Shown here: in pieces, positions 10,922-21,001 of the stretch | Layout of the letters: the number at the start of each line of letters is the position of its first letter | Numbering within the stretch: the first letter of the stretch is position 1 | NCBI GenBank assembly: GCA_965140585.1 | Contig: OZ223269.1 | Location: forward strand, 864,001 to 928,000 | Source: Spirochaetia bacterium | GTDB taxonomy: Bacteria > Spirochaetota > Spirochaetia > UBA9216 | Direction: 5' to 3' | Length of the DNA stretch: 64,000 nt | The notes under the pieces: generated by a model | The model's input: only the letters and a program-made list of their open reading frames with translations | The model's database searches: none | What the model was told of the DNA's origin: nothing | Translations under genes and position numbers: made by a program

Positions 10922-12232
10922 TTATTCAACCGCCCAGAGCCGGGTGCTGTCTGAACTTTCATAGTTAAACCACAGTCCGCTACTGTAGCCCATTGCAAAC
11001 AGATAGTCGTAGTCTGAATCGTAATAAAAATCCAAAATTACTGCACTGGAAAGATCTATTGAACTGTAATGAGTTACCGTACAGAACAATGATGTTGAAT
11101 CCTCAGGTGAGAAAATTTCAGCAGTAGAACTCATTGTGCCTTCAGATTCAATTTGAAGTTCATAGTATCCTTCATTGGTACCGAATAAGAGAACCTTATT
11201 CGTCCCAAAGGTAACAAGTTCAATATCATAAAGATCCAGGTCCAGCGGATCAGGATAGGAATCTGCTGATGAGCTGTAAATATCTGTGTTATATACATCA
11301 GACCACGAACTTCCGTCATACCTTAAAATATACCCTTCTTTGAAAGTAAGATAGATATAATCAGACGAGCCGTTATTGTAGCAGACCAGACCACCGTATC
11401 CACTATTGAGAAGAAAATCTGAGATCTTTTCATCATCGGAACCTGCATCTGTATCATCGAAAACAGTTGTGTCAGATATTTCGGTAAGTGAACCTGATGC
11501 TCCGGTGTACAGTCGTATACCGGAAATCAGCCAGAATGTTGTACCATCGCTTTCAACATCAATATCAAACGTACCGCCGTTAGTTATATCAGTCAGCTCC
11601 TCAGTCAACGTCATACCAGCAGTTATATCAAGAGTAGCAGCGTTGTATGAATAAACATTATAGACAGAGGTGCTATAGCCGCCAAGGGTTACATTAGGGG
11701 TTATTGTGTAAATAAATAAGGTCTGGTTGGGAGTTGTATCAACAACCTCGATATTCACTACATATTCACCTGCAGATGTATTAAGCTGGTTTATGACAAC
11801 TTCAGTCCATATGGACGTAGAGTCAGCTGAAAGTGCAGATGCATCGCAGCTGTAAAGATGATGCTCTGTAGTGTCGGTGTCATAATAGACTGCAAAAATT
11901 TTACCGTTTAACAGAATTGCTTCATAGGTAATATAATTTGAGTTTTCAGTTGCAGTAGATCCCGGAGGTTTGGCAAAGTTCCAGACAACATTGCTTGATT
12001 CAATATTATCAGTTTTTTTGAAATATAAATTCCCGGCTGCAGCAAAGTATGTTTCTTCAGTTCCGGTTCCGAATTTTCCCATTGAACGTACAGTGAGTGC
12101 GTCATCAAGAGAGCCGTTAGCAATTTCTATCTCTTCTTCAAGACTGTAAAACATACCTGTCGGATTATCTGGACAGGAATAAATCAGAAGAATTGCAGAA
12201 ATCATTGTAAATATGGTTAAAAATCTTTTCAT
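10922..12232 (-). CDS. Hypothetical acidic lipoprotein
   Basis: Spirochaetal-type lipoprotein signal (MKRFL...LLIYSC); long Asp/Ser/Thr-rich, beta-strand-rich ORF. Confidence 0.7.
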   Translation of the reverse strand: MKRFLTIFTMISAILLIYSCPDNPTGMFYSLEEEIEIANGSLDDALTVRSMGKFGTGTEETYFAAAGNLYFKKTDNIESSNVVWNFAKPPGSTATENSNYITYEAILLNGKIFAVYYDTDTTEHHLYSCDASALSADSTSIWTEVVINQLNTSAGEYVVNIEVVDTTPNQTLFIYTITPNVTLGGYSTSVYNVYSYNAATLDITAGMTLTEELTDITNGGTFDIDVESDGTTFWLISGIRLYTGASGSLTEISDTTVFDDTDAGSDDEKISDFLLNSGYGGLVCYNNGSSDYIYLTFKEGYILRYDGSSWSDVYNTDIYSSSADSYPDPLDLDLYDIELVTFGTNKVLLFGTNEGYYELQIESEGTMSSTAEIFSPEDSTSLFCTVTHYSSIDLSSAVILDFYYDSDYDYLFAMGYSSGLWFNYESSDSTRLWAVE

Positions 12233-12241
12233 AAATATTCC

Positions 12242-12874
12242 TTAGAAGTGATACGACCCGGAAATTCCAAGTTCAAGAAAATTAGCGATACGACTCTGGT
12301 CCTTAAATTCATCTGAATAATATATTTCCGGAATAAACCAGTACTCGGCATTCAATCCAATTGCCCATTCCTCATTGATATTCCATAGGGCTCCGATTCC
12401 GGGTTTAATCACCGGAGTCATAGTGAAATAATCACCAAGTGTATTAAATGACATGCCAATATTCAAATGTATGGGCACCTCTATGGGGTAGAACATGAAA
12501 TAATAGGCTGCAGTAAAAGAAATTGGAACCATTGTTAGAACTCTATTCGGGGTTGCGGCAAACATACCGCTTAATTCTCCGCCGAGCATTAGATTATCCA
12601 TGACAAAAGCACCGAACTCAAGACTGCCGGTAAGTCCTATCGAAGTTTCACCGATATCCGGATTTATTGCACTTGTTCCTTCAGCAGCGAAGGGGGCAAT
12701 TGTGAATAGGGGAAAAATTGCACCGGCATTTATATTAAAAACCTGTTCACCGGTTGAATAAGCTGATTTTCCAATATAATCATCAGTAACTTCCTCTTCG
12801 GATGTTTGAGCTGTAAGTGGAAAAACCGTAATAATCATAGCAGTAAGTAAGATTGGAAATAATTTTTTTTTCAA
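12242..12874 (-). CDS. TP0733-family outer-membrane beta-barrel protein
   Basis: Signal peptide, alternating amphipathic strands, YWFIPE motif, C-terminal aromatic residue (SYHF); TTG start with GAGG SD. Confidence 0.75.
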   Translation of the reverse strand: MKKKLFPILLTAMIITVFPLTAQTSEEEVTDDYIGKSAYSTGEQVFNINAGAIFPLFTIAPFAAEGTSAINPDIGETSIGLTGSLEFGAFVMDNLMLGGELSGMFAATPNRVLTMVPISFTAAYYFMFYPIEVPIHLNIGMSFNTLGDYFTMTPVIKPGIGALWNINEEWAIGLNAEYWFIPEIYYSDEFKDQSRIANFLELGISGSYHF

Positions 12875-12992
12875 AGTATATCCTCAATAGATAATAATCA
12901 TCGAAATAGTATCACCACAAATGTCTTTTTTCAAGGATATGTTGAAACTATGACTGTTTGTATGGTAAAAGTTTTACATACGGAGGTCTACC

Positions 12993-13682
12993 ATGGCATT
13001 AAACATAGTTGCGGATATTGATGATAAAGTATCAATTAACAATGTACTTATCAGCGTATCTGATAAAACAGGACTGGAGGACCTTGTAAGGGGACTTATA
13101 GACATCAATCCGGTAGTTAAGATATATTCGACAGGCGGAACTTACAGTAAAATAGCCGATCTTCTGGGTGATGAAGCTGTAAATAATCTTGTTTCAGTGA
13201 GTGATTACACTGGTCAGCCTGAAATGCAGGGTGGTTTAGTCAAAACCCTTGATTTCAAAATTTATCTGGGACTGCTCAGTGAAACATATAATGAAGCTCA
13301 TAAAGCTGATCTTGCAAGAACAGGTGCGGTTGCGTTTGATATGGTTGTAGTAAATCTTTATCCCTTCAGTGAAACTGTTAAAAAAGAAGGTATAACAGCG
13401 GAGAATGCCAGGACTAACATTGATATAGGCGGTCCATGTATGCTGAGAGCTTCTGCAAAAAACTATCTAAGAGTAGCTTCTGTCTGCAACCCTGCTGATT
13501 ATGAAAATATTATCAGTGAAATGAAATCAAATGACGGTAAATTATCATTGGAATTCCGTTTAGAACTTGCAAAAAAAACTTTCAGTCATACTGCGGAATA
13601 TGACAATCAGATAAGCAGTTTTCTTTTGAGTAAAACTTATGATTCAATCGAATCTGTATACAGTTTCAAGGGAGGCAGATAA
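12993..13682 (+). CDS. purH: IMP cyclohydrolase (PurH N-terminal/MGS domain as a stand-alone protein)
   Basis: LISVSDKTG, STGGT, VKTL, VVNLYPF, IDIGGP..LRASAKN motifs; GGAGG SD. Confidence 0.9.
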   Translation: MALNIVADIDDKVSINNVLISVSDKTGLEDLVRGLIDINPVVKIYSTGGTYSKIADLLGDEAVNNLVSVSDYTGQPEMQGGLVKTLDFKIYLGLLSETYNEAHKADLARTGAVAFDMVVVNLYPFSETVKKEGITAENARTNIDIGGPCMLRASAKNYLRVASVCNPADYENIISEMKSNDGKLSLEFRLELAKKTFSHTAEYDNQISSFLLSKTYDSIESVYSFKGGR

Positions 13683-14935
13683 TGGCTAAGGAAAAACTTT
13701 CATCAATCTACAAAAGAATCAGGAAAGATTTATTTCCTGATAATATGGAAATCAGTTTTTATAATAATGATGCAGACCGCCAGTCACTTAAATATGAAAA
13801 GGTTTACTGGGACATAGACGGCGATAAGCAGGGGCTGAGATACGGAGAGAATCCTGATCAGGAGGCTGCTCTTTATCGTCTTGTAAACGGAAACCTTGTT
13901 CTTGGCGAAGTAAGTTCAATAATGCCTGGAAAATATCTTGCATCCGATATCGAGCTTCTTCAGTCTGGAAAACATCCTGGTAAAACTAATATCACCGATG
14001 CAGACAACTCCCTTAACATTCTTAGATATTTCAATGATTACCCTGTTACTGTTATTGTAAAACATAATAATCCATGCGGTGTAGCCAGAGGTAAAACTCT
14101 TGCCGAATCGTACCATAAGGCTCTTATGGCAGACCGTATAGCTGCCTTCGGCGGTGCTGTAGCTGTAAATAAACCGCTTGATATGGAAACAGCAAAACTG
14201 ATTACCGAGAGTTACCTTGAAGTTGTTGTAGCTCCTGAATTTGAAGATGGTACACTTGAGTTGCTTGCTGCAAAGAAAAATCTTAGAGTAATGAAAATCG
14301 GTAATATGTCAAAACTGCATGATTTTGTAGGTGAACAGTTTGTAGATTTTAAATCACTGATTGACGGCGGACTTGTTGCGCAGTGGTCTTTTGTTCCCAA
14401 GGCTGAAAAGGAAACTCTTCTTCCTGCTGAAACTGTTTACAGGGATAAAGAATACAAGGTTCTTAGAGAGCCTACATCGCAGGAACTGGACGATATGCTT
14501 TTCGGGTGGCTTATCGAGAGCGGGATAACAAGTAATTCTGTAATCTATGTCAAAGACGGAGTTACAGTTGGTATCGGGACAGGTGAACAGGATAGAGTAG
14601 GTGTTGCCGAAATAGCACGGGATAAAGCATACAGGAAATTTGCAGATAGAATATGTTTTGAAAAACACGGACAGCCGCTTGCGGTAATGACAGATAAAGA
14701 TATTTTAGATGCAGTTCAGTCTGAAACTGCTGAGAAAAAAGGCGGACTGCCGGGAAGTGCGATGATTTCAGATGCTTTCTTTCCTTTCAGAGACGGAATA
14801 GAGGTCGGCCTGAAGGAAGGCATCAGCTCTGTCATTCAGCCCGGAGGCTCATTAAGAGATTTCGAGAGTATTGAAGCCTGTAATGAATATAATGCGGCTA
14901 TGGTATTTACCGGACAGCGGAGTTTCAAGCATTGA
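13682..14935 (+). CDS. purH: AICAR transformylase (PurH C-terminal domain as a stand-alone protein)
   Basis: LRYGENPDQ.AA, KHNNPCG, SDAFFPF.DG, IQPGGS.RD, R.FKH terminus. Confidence 0.9.
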   Translation: MAKEKLSSIYKRIRKDLFPDNMEISFYNNDADRQSLKYEKVYWDIDGDKQGLRYGENPDQEAALYRLVNGNLVLGEVSSIMPGKYLASDIELLQSGKHPGKTNITDADNSLNILRYFNDYPVTVIVKHNNPCGVARGKTLAESYHKALMADRIAAFGGAVAVNKPLDMETAKLITESYLEVVVAPEFEDGTLELLAAKKNLRVMKIGNMSKLHDFVGEQFVDFKSLIDGGLVAQWSFVPKAEKETLLPAETVYRDKEYKVLREPTSQELDDMLFGWLIESGITSNSVIYVKDGVTVGIGTGEQDRVGVAEIARDKAYRKFADRICFEKHGQPLAVMTDKDILDAVQSETAEKKGGLPGSAMISDAFFPFRDGIEVGLKEGISSVIQPGGSLRDFESIEACNEYNAAMVFTGQRSFKH

Positions 14936-16923
14936 TTTTTGCTAAGTTAAAAGATCTCATTAGTTTAAAGAATATTTTAATACTGATTTTACTCATTACG
15001 CTAGTTATTACACTATCTGTCATGAATACAAGACTGCATAAACTCAGTCATGAGCTTAGCAGCCGCAATGATGCATTTATGGCTGAGATTTCCGAAGACC
15101 GGGAAACGTTGAATTATTTATCCAATGTCAGCGGTATGCTTGTTTCGGATTTGACAAGTACACGTGAAGCTAACGGTCTGCCGGTTAGAGTTTATCCGGA
15201 TAGAATCTCAGAAATTTCCGGTACTGTATCTGAAGGTTCGGCTTCTAATGAGTTTCTGCTGGCCATCGATGCCTTTTTTAATGCTGAAAACAACTATAAG
15301 CTGTCGGTTCAGCTAGGAAAAATTATTACTGATACTGACTTTAATAATTCATTAAGTAATGAAGGCATAAGTCTGCGGAAGACCGGAAATGATACCGGTG
15401 GATTCTTTAAAAATGGCTTTCAGATTGCTGAAATTAGAGCAGGAACTGAAGTCTATACAATCAGCGACTTTGAAGACAGAAGGCTTGATATCACATCAGC
15501 ATCAAGAGAGGCTGTATCTTTTATCAGAGAAGCGGCTGTCAAATATGAAAAAAGATTGCTTGTACAGGCCGAGATGGCAGCTATCCTTTCAGAATCGTCG
15601 GTTTCAGATATCATAGTTCAATTCTGCAGAGAACACGGCATTAGAATATCAATTAACGATGAAAAAGATACGGTTTTGGTTTTTTCTAACAAAAATAACT
15701 CAAATACTCTGCGTGCAGAACTTACACCCGTGACAGACGAGCCGGGTTTTCTTATTAACAGCAGGTATTATTCTGAGGACTTAGATATATCAAAAAGCAT
15801 CCTGAGCGAATTGCAGAGGCTTGATCTTCGTTCAGCTGAAGAAGTTCTGATTCAGAATGCACGAAAAAAAATTGAAGATTTGCAGAATGATTCACTTTTT
15901 CAAAGTTATCTCGAATCCCTTGAATTAACACTTAACTTCACTCCCAGAGAAGACAATGATTACTATTATTATGATCTGCTAAAAGAAGACGGCAACAAAC
16001 TCGGTTCTTTTTCAGTTTTAAAAAAGCTCGGTGAGATATACCTTGTAGATGCGGATGAAGTTCCAATTTCATCCCTGAAAACCGTAAGTATCAAATCGGA
16101 GCTTAAGGCAGAATCAAAAAAAAACTTTATAATCCCTGAAAATATAAGCAGTGTAAATGATATATACTCCAGCCGGGATTCAATAACATGTCTTTTAGTT
16201 GGTATGCATGAGAAAAATACCGATACAATGATTGTTGTACATGCTGATAAAAGCAGCGGAAAAGCCTATCTTATCGGAATACCCAGAGACCTTTACTGGA
16301 AGGGCCGGAGGGTGAACAGTATTTACCAGTATTACGGCCCCGTGCAGTTAAAAAAAGAATTATCAACAATTACAGGGCTCGACATATCTAAGTATGTAAT
16401 AGTTGATATGTATGCTTTTATAGATATTGTAAACATTCTAGGCGGCATTGATATAACTCTAAATGAAGATCTTATCGATCCTACTTACCGGATACGTGAG
16501 AACGGTGAATGGTCAACTCTGAATTATAAAGCCGGCGATTATAGTCTGAATGGAGTCGAAGCTCTGAGGGTTGCAAGATCAAGACACGGATCCAACGATT
16601 TTAACCGTTCAGAAAGACAGCAGATGATAATTGAAGGAGCTATAAATAAATTTCAGCAGCTTCGGGTTACTGATGCAGCAAAGGTTTACAGTCTTATAAA
16701 CGCTTTTTTCGATTATGTTGATACCGATTTCAGTCCCGTTGAGTTTCTGAGTCTCTACAGCAATTTTGGTGATTCTCAACTGGCTGGCAAGCATGTTTTA
16801 AGTTTTGATAATATCCTGTATGATACATACAGCTCCGAAGGAGCCTGGATACTGCTGCCTGAGAATGATGACTGGAATGTCATAAGGTGGTATGTCAGAA
16901 AGATCATACAGGGAGAAATATAG
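14932..16923 (+). CDS. LCP (LytR-CpsA-Psr) family protein with long N-terminal extension
   Basis: N-terminal TM; TDTMIV, IPRDL, ARSRH..NDF.R.ERQQ motifs in the C-terminal ~250 aa. Confidence 0.88.
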   Translation: MIFAKLKDLISLKNILILILLITLVITLSVMNTRLHKLSHELSSRNDAFMAEISEDRETLNYLSNVSGMLVSDLTSTREANGLPVRVYPDRISEISGTVSEGSASNEFLLAIDAFFNAENNYKLSVQLGKIITDTDFNNSLSNEGISLRKTGNDTGGFFKNGFQIAEIRAGTEVYTISDFEDRRLDITSASREAVSFIREAAVKYEKRLLVQAEMAAILSESSVSDIIVQFCREHGIRISINDEKDTVLVFSNKNNSNTLRAELTPVTDEPGFLINSRYYSEDLDISKSILSELQRLDLRSAEEVLIQNARKKIEDLQNDSLFQSYLESLELTLNFTPREDNDYYYYDLLKEDGNKLGSFSVLKKLGEIYLVDADEVPISSLKTVSIKSELKAESKKNFIIPENISSVNDIYSSRDSITCLLVGMHEKNTDTMIVVHADKSSGKAYLIGIPRDLYWKGRRVNSIYQYYGPVQLKKELSTITGLDISKYVIVDMYAFIDIVNILGGIDITLNEDLIDPTYRIRENGEWSTLNYKAGDYSLNGVEALRVARSRHGSNDFNRSERQQMIIEGAINKFQQLRVTDAAKVYSLINAFFDYVDTDFSPVEFLSLYSNFGDSQLAGKHVLSFDNILYDTYSSEGAWILLPENDDWNVIRWYVRKIIQGEI

Positions 16924-16924
16924 C

Positions 16925-18226
16925 TTGTCCCGAAAATTTTTTATTGAGACATACGGCTGTCAGATGAATACAGCCGAAAGCGAAGCTTTAAAAAATGAAC
17001 TTAAAAGCAATGGCTGGACTGAAGCTGAAAATGATAAAGATGCTCAGCTGATAGTTATAAATACATGTTCAGTAAGGCAGTCGGCTGAAAACCGTATCTG
17101 GGGTCGGCTTGGATACTTTAAAAGCCTTTCGGAACAGCATGAATTCAGGCTTGTTGTCATCGGCTGCATGGCTGAGAGGCTGAAAGATGAATTAAAGAAG
17201 AAATTCCCGGTAGTCAGTGACGTTATAGATAATGAACATAAAAACAAGGCTGCCAGAATTCTCTCAGGAACTGATGAAAAAATTTCAGACCTCTCAGATG
17301 ACTACAGTTTCTTTGAAAAGTATGGTAAAGTAAGTTCAACACATGCAATGGTTCCAGTGATGAACGGATGTGATAACTTCTGTTCCTACTGTATTGTTCC
17401 TTATGTACGCGGCCGTGAGACATCACGAAATGATGATGAGATAATTAAAGAAATTTTACAGCTGACCGCAGAAGGTGTAAGTGAAATAACTTTGTTAGGT
17501 CAGAATGTGAATTCGTTCAGATATAAAAAGAATGACCTTGTTATAAATTTTTCATCTTTAATCAGGCGTCTCCTCAGAGAAACTGATGTAAAATGGCTTC
17601 GTTTTACCAGTTCAAATCCGCAGGACTTCACCGACGAACTGATTGATCTTTACTCTTCCGAGGAACGCCTCTGCAAGTATCTGCATCTTCCTGCGCAACA
17701 TGGATCTGATAATGTTTTAAAAAAGATGAACAGAAAATATACTGTAGAGGAATACCGTACAATTATTAAAAAACTGCGATCCAGAATTTCTGATTTGTCC
17801 CTCAGTACAGATATTATGGTCGGCTTTCCTGGCGAAACTGAAGAAGATTTCAATAATCTGAAAGATTTTATGAAGGAAATGTGTTTTGAGGATGCCTTCA
17901 CATATTACTATAATCCGCGTGAAGGTACTGCTGCATATAAAATGAATGATGATGTTCCCCAGGATATTAAATCACAAAGACTAAGTGAAATTATAGAGAT
18001 TCACAGAAATCTTTCTGCAGAACTGAAATTAAAAAGGATAGGGCAGAAAACAACGGCAGTAGTTGAATCAATATCGAAAAAAGATAACAAGAAGCTACTT
18101 GGACGCACCGATAAAAATAGTATGATTGTATTTCCGGGAGGAGTTGACTTATTGAACAGATATGTTAACTTAAGCATTGACGGATTGAAAGGAAGTACAT
18201 ATACCGGAGGTTTAATAGATGTTTAA
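16925..18226 (+). CDS. miaB: tRNA 2-methylthio-N6-isopentenyladenosine synthase MiaB
   Basis: TYGCQMN, NTCSVR, GCDNFCSYC radical-SAM triad, C-terminal TRAM; TTG start at 16925 after GGGAG preferred over 16892. Confidence 0.93.
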   Translation: MSRKFFIETYGCQMNTAESEALKNELKSNGWTEAENDKDAQLIVINTCSVRQSAENRIWGRLGYFKSLSEQHEFRLVVIGCMAERLKDELKKKFPVVSDVIDNEHKNKAARILSGTDEKISDLSDDYSFFEKYGKVSSTHAMVPVMNGCDNFCSYCIVPYVRGRETSRNDDEIIKEILQLTAEGVSEITLLGQNVNSFRYKKNDLVINFSSLIRRLLRETDVKWLRFTSSNPQDFTDELIDLYSSEERLCKYLHLPAQHGSDNVLKKMNRKYTVEEYRTIIKKLRSRISDLSLSTDIMVGFPGETEEDFNNLKDFMKEMCFEDAFTYYYNPREGTAAYKMNDDVPQDIKSQRLSEIIEIHRNLSAELKLKRIGQKTTAVVESISKKDNKKLLGRTDKNSMIVFPGGVDLLNRYVNLSIDGLKGSTYTGGLIDV

Positions 18227-18509
18227 ACTGGTGTTTTTTCTTGTCGGACTTGGTATCGCACTTATTATCTCTGCACTGAATCTTGGAAATATGTCTGACA
18301 TATCGCTTGGTTTTGTGAAATTTACTGATGTGCCTGTTTTTTTAAGTATTTTTACCGCATTTCTTGCAGGAGCTGTATTTACACTTCCGTTTGCATTTCA
18401 TGTGAGTATGAAGCATAGAAAAGAGGTAAGCAAAAAAAAGAAAAAAGTTGAATATATAGAAGATGAAATTATCCCGGAACCAGTTAACCCTGTTGAAAAA
18501 GAATTATAA
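18219..18509 (+). CDS. LapA-like small membrane protein
   Basis: Two hydrophobic segments (VPVFLSIFTAFLAG) and a charged tail. Confidence 0.6.
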   Translation: MFKLVFFLVGLGIALIISALNLGNMSDISLGFVKFTDVPVFLSIFTAFLAGAVFTLPFAFHVSMKHRKEVSKKKKKVEYIEDEIIPEPVNPVEKEL

Positions 18510-19455
18510 ATTATCTCTGATATTTTTTATTTTTCTCTTTTTTGCATTCAATATCTATCCTGATGATACTCTGAAAGTAAGTGAAGCTCAGGTTGATGAG
18601 GTTCTTTCAGGCCTTTTTGAGAACAGCGCAAATCTAAGTGAAACTGAACTTTATCAAAAATATCTTGAAGCTGGTTATATCAGCGAAAGTTCAGGAAATC
18701 TCACAAAGGCGGCTTCTTATTTTGAACAGGCTTCTCTGGCTGTTAGTGGAAATAAAGACTATGAAGCCCTTTATAAAAGTGCGGTATTAAATACTGAAAT
18801 AGCCGATTATCCTAAATCTGAATCACAGCTTAAAATCATCATGAATTTTACAGATAATCTAAATCTTGTTCAAAAGTGTAGAACATTGTTATCAAGGATT
18901 TATTTTCTGAAAGGTGAAGATTCAGATTCAATAGATTTAATTGAGGACGTATTTTCCAGAGACCACATCCCATTTGAAGCCGTTTTCTGGCTTGAAGAGC
19001 TCTCAAAAGCGGCAGATAGCAATCTTGATAAGATTAATGGAATAATCAGCAGAAATAAAGATAAAATTGCAGGCATAGCCGAACTTGTTAATTTTTCAGA
19101 TTTTCCAAGTCCTGAAAGGCTGCTTGGATTTTTCAGACAAAATTCTGAAGAAGAGTTTATAACTGTTTCAAACCAGACAGAGAAAGAAGAAGATTTAATT
19201 GAATCTGATAACGAATCTGCTGTTGATAATAAAGCTACAATTTCAATTCAGCTCGGCTCATTCAGCGTTAAAAAGAATGCGGATGAACTGCTTAAAAAAC
19301 TGGCTGCTGAAGGTTATAATGTAAAACTGTCTAAAAAAACAGTAAACAGCAGAATATATCATGTCGTACTGATGCCGGATATCCCTGCAGATAAACTGCA
19401 GGATATGATAATTAGATTAAAAGAAAACGGGTATGAGGCTTATCCGGTTTATTGA
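18463..19455 (+). CDS. TPR + SPOR domain protein
   Basis: Signal-like N-terminus (true start may be TTG at 18493); TPR helices; C-terminal IQLGSFS..KNA..L...L SPOR motif. Confidence 0.8.
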   Translation: MKLSRNQLTLLKKNYKLSLIFFIFLFFAFNIYPDDTLKVSEAQVDEVLSGLFENSANLSETELYQKYLEAGYISESSGNLTKAASYFEQASLAVSGNKDYEALYKSAVLNTEIADYPKSESQLKIIMNFTDNLNLVQKCRTLLSRIYFLKGEDSDSIDLIEDVFSRDHIPFEAVFWLEELSKAADSNLDKINGIISRNKDKIAGIAELVNFSDFPSPERLLGFFRQNSEEEFITVSNQTEKEEDLIESDNESAVDNKATISIQLGSFSVKKNADELLKKLAAEGYNVKLSKKTVNSRIYHVVLMPDIPADKLQDMIIRLKENGYEAYPVY

Positions 19456-20997
19456 TTAGTCATTCTCGGATGACATATCCAGAGTTTCAGTCTGTGTAAA
19501 GCGGTAATATTCGGTATCAGAAGGTTTGAAGCCATATATGCTTAACTCTCCCGGCACCATAACAAGTGTACGCTCGATAATTCTGTTTTTATTTTCTTCT
19601 GAAAAATCAATAGAAAAGGCTCTTGTATCAACTTCAATACCTGAATTATCAACAATTTTCAAACTTAAAACAGGCGTATCTGCTGAGTAAACCGCGTATC
19701 CGCCGGAAATCTCTTCAAAGCTGTTTTTCATGTGGAAGGATGTTCCGTAAAATTCGATGATATCTCCGGCATCACTTATATACTGCCCATTAAGCTCCGG
19801 TAATTCTATTGCCTCTGAAGCCTTTCGGAGGGTCTTGATGGTATCAAATTTTTCACGTTCTCCCATACGGTAGTAATTATCTGTCCAGACATCATTAGGT
19901 GAAATAACCCTGGTCTGATTGTCAATATCCTTGACTGTTAAACGTATCTCATCAAGGTTAACAATCCGGACATAAACTTCAATTTCTATATAATTTATTA
20001 TTTCATTCTGAGCACGTATATACAGAAGATTACTCAATACCTTGTACGAATTAGTCCATTTAAAGTTTTCCTGTATTCGGTCACTGTAAAATGTAATAGT
20101 CTCGGCTTTCGGGTCCATAAATACAATTATACTATTGTTTCCAGAGGACGAATTTTCGGTAAACCACGGTCCGTTTATATAACCGTAGAAATTTTCATCC
20201 GGGCCGCTGTAAATGTCTGCAAGCTGTTTTTCTTCTATGGTTGTATACTCAAGTTCTTCTTCTTTAAGCTTAATATATTTTTTCAGCGGGAAATCCCAGA
20301 AATAAATAGACTGAATAAGATTTATTTTTCCGTCGTTGCCTGATTTTTCAGTGGATGCAGAAATTGTATAGCTAACACCGTCTTTCTGGCCTGATTCGTA
20401 AGCCATGCTGCGTTTAACCGGAATAATCTCAATTGCTCCTGGCTGTTTAAGACTGAAAATAGAAGAATAATTAAGTCCGCTGCCACTGCTCTCATTATTT
20501 TTCCAAAATACATCGAGCGTTGTGTTTCCTTCTGAATCCCTTCCTGAACATACAATCTGATTTGAATGATCTCCGATTAAATCCTCCAGATAAACATGGA
20601 ATGACCTTCCGCTTGTTGCGGATGTAGTACCTTCCCAGGCTCTGACATAATCACCTTTGACATTATCATAATCTGCTACAGCTATATAAATTTCAAGCGC
20701 CGGATTCTGCCGGTTTTTAAGTACAATAATCTGCTCATCCGATGTATCAAGATCCAGATTGAGGTTAATAGTACTTAAAACAGTTTCATCGCCTTTGATA
20801 ACAATATTTGGTTTTGTTTCCTGAATACTGAAGCTGTCTTCATACTTATCATCATCTGAAATATTATCTTCATCAGGGGCAGGGGTAAGTTGAGTAACAC
20901 TTTCGGGTCTTTCGTAAACCTCGGAAGCTCTGTTACAGGAATATAAAGTGCTTAAAAGCATTATTACTAAAAAAACCAGTATATTTTTCTTTATCAT
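19456..20997 (-). CDS. Pallilysin-related (TP0751-like) lipoprotein adhesin
   Basis: Lipobox LYSC; NLDLD..DEQI, DLIGDH..QIVC.G, TLDVF motifs recalled for the family; position near vWA and cfpA genes. Confidence 0.7.
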   Translation of the reverse strand: MIKKNILVFLVIMLLSTLYSCNRASEVYERPESVTQLTPAPDEDNISDDDKYEDSFSIQETKPNIVIKGDETVLSTINLNLDLDTSDEQIIVLKNRQNPALEIYIAVADYDNVKGDYVRAWEGTTSATSGRSFHVYLEDLIGDHSNQIVCSGRDSEGNTTLDVFWKNNESSGSGLNYSSIFSLKQPGAIEIIPVKRSMAYESGQKDGVSYTISASTEKSGNDGKINLIQSIYFWDFPLKKYIKLKEEELEYTTIEEKQLADIYSGPDENFYGYINGPWFTENSSSGNNSIIVFMDPKAETITFYSDRIQENFKWTNSYKVLSNLLYIRAQNEIINYIEIEVYVRIVNLDEIRLTVKDIDNQTRVISPNDVWTDNYYRMGEREKFDTIKTLRKASEAIELPELNGQYISDAGDIIEFYGTSFHMKNSFEEISGGYAVYSADTPVLSLKIVDNSGIEVDTRAFSIDFSEENKNRIIERTLVMVPGELSIYGFKPSDTEYYRFTQTETLDMSSEND

Positions 20998-21001
20998 AGA
21001 T

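Noticed and set aside
13670-13690. purH as a frameshifted pseudogene
   Set aside because: The second half has its own SD and coupled start, and both halves keep their catalytic motifs.
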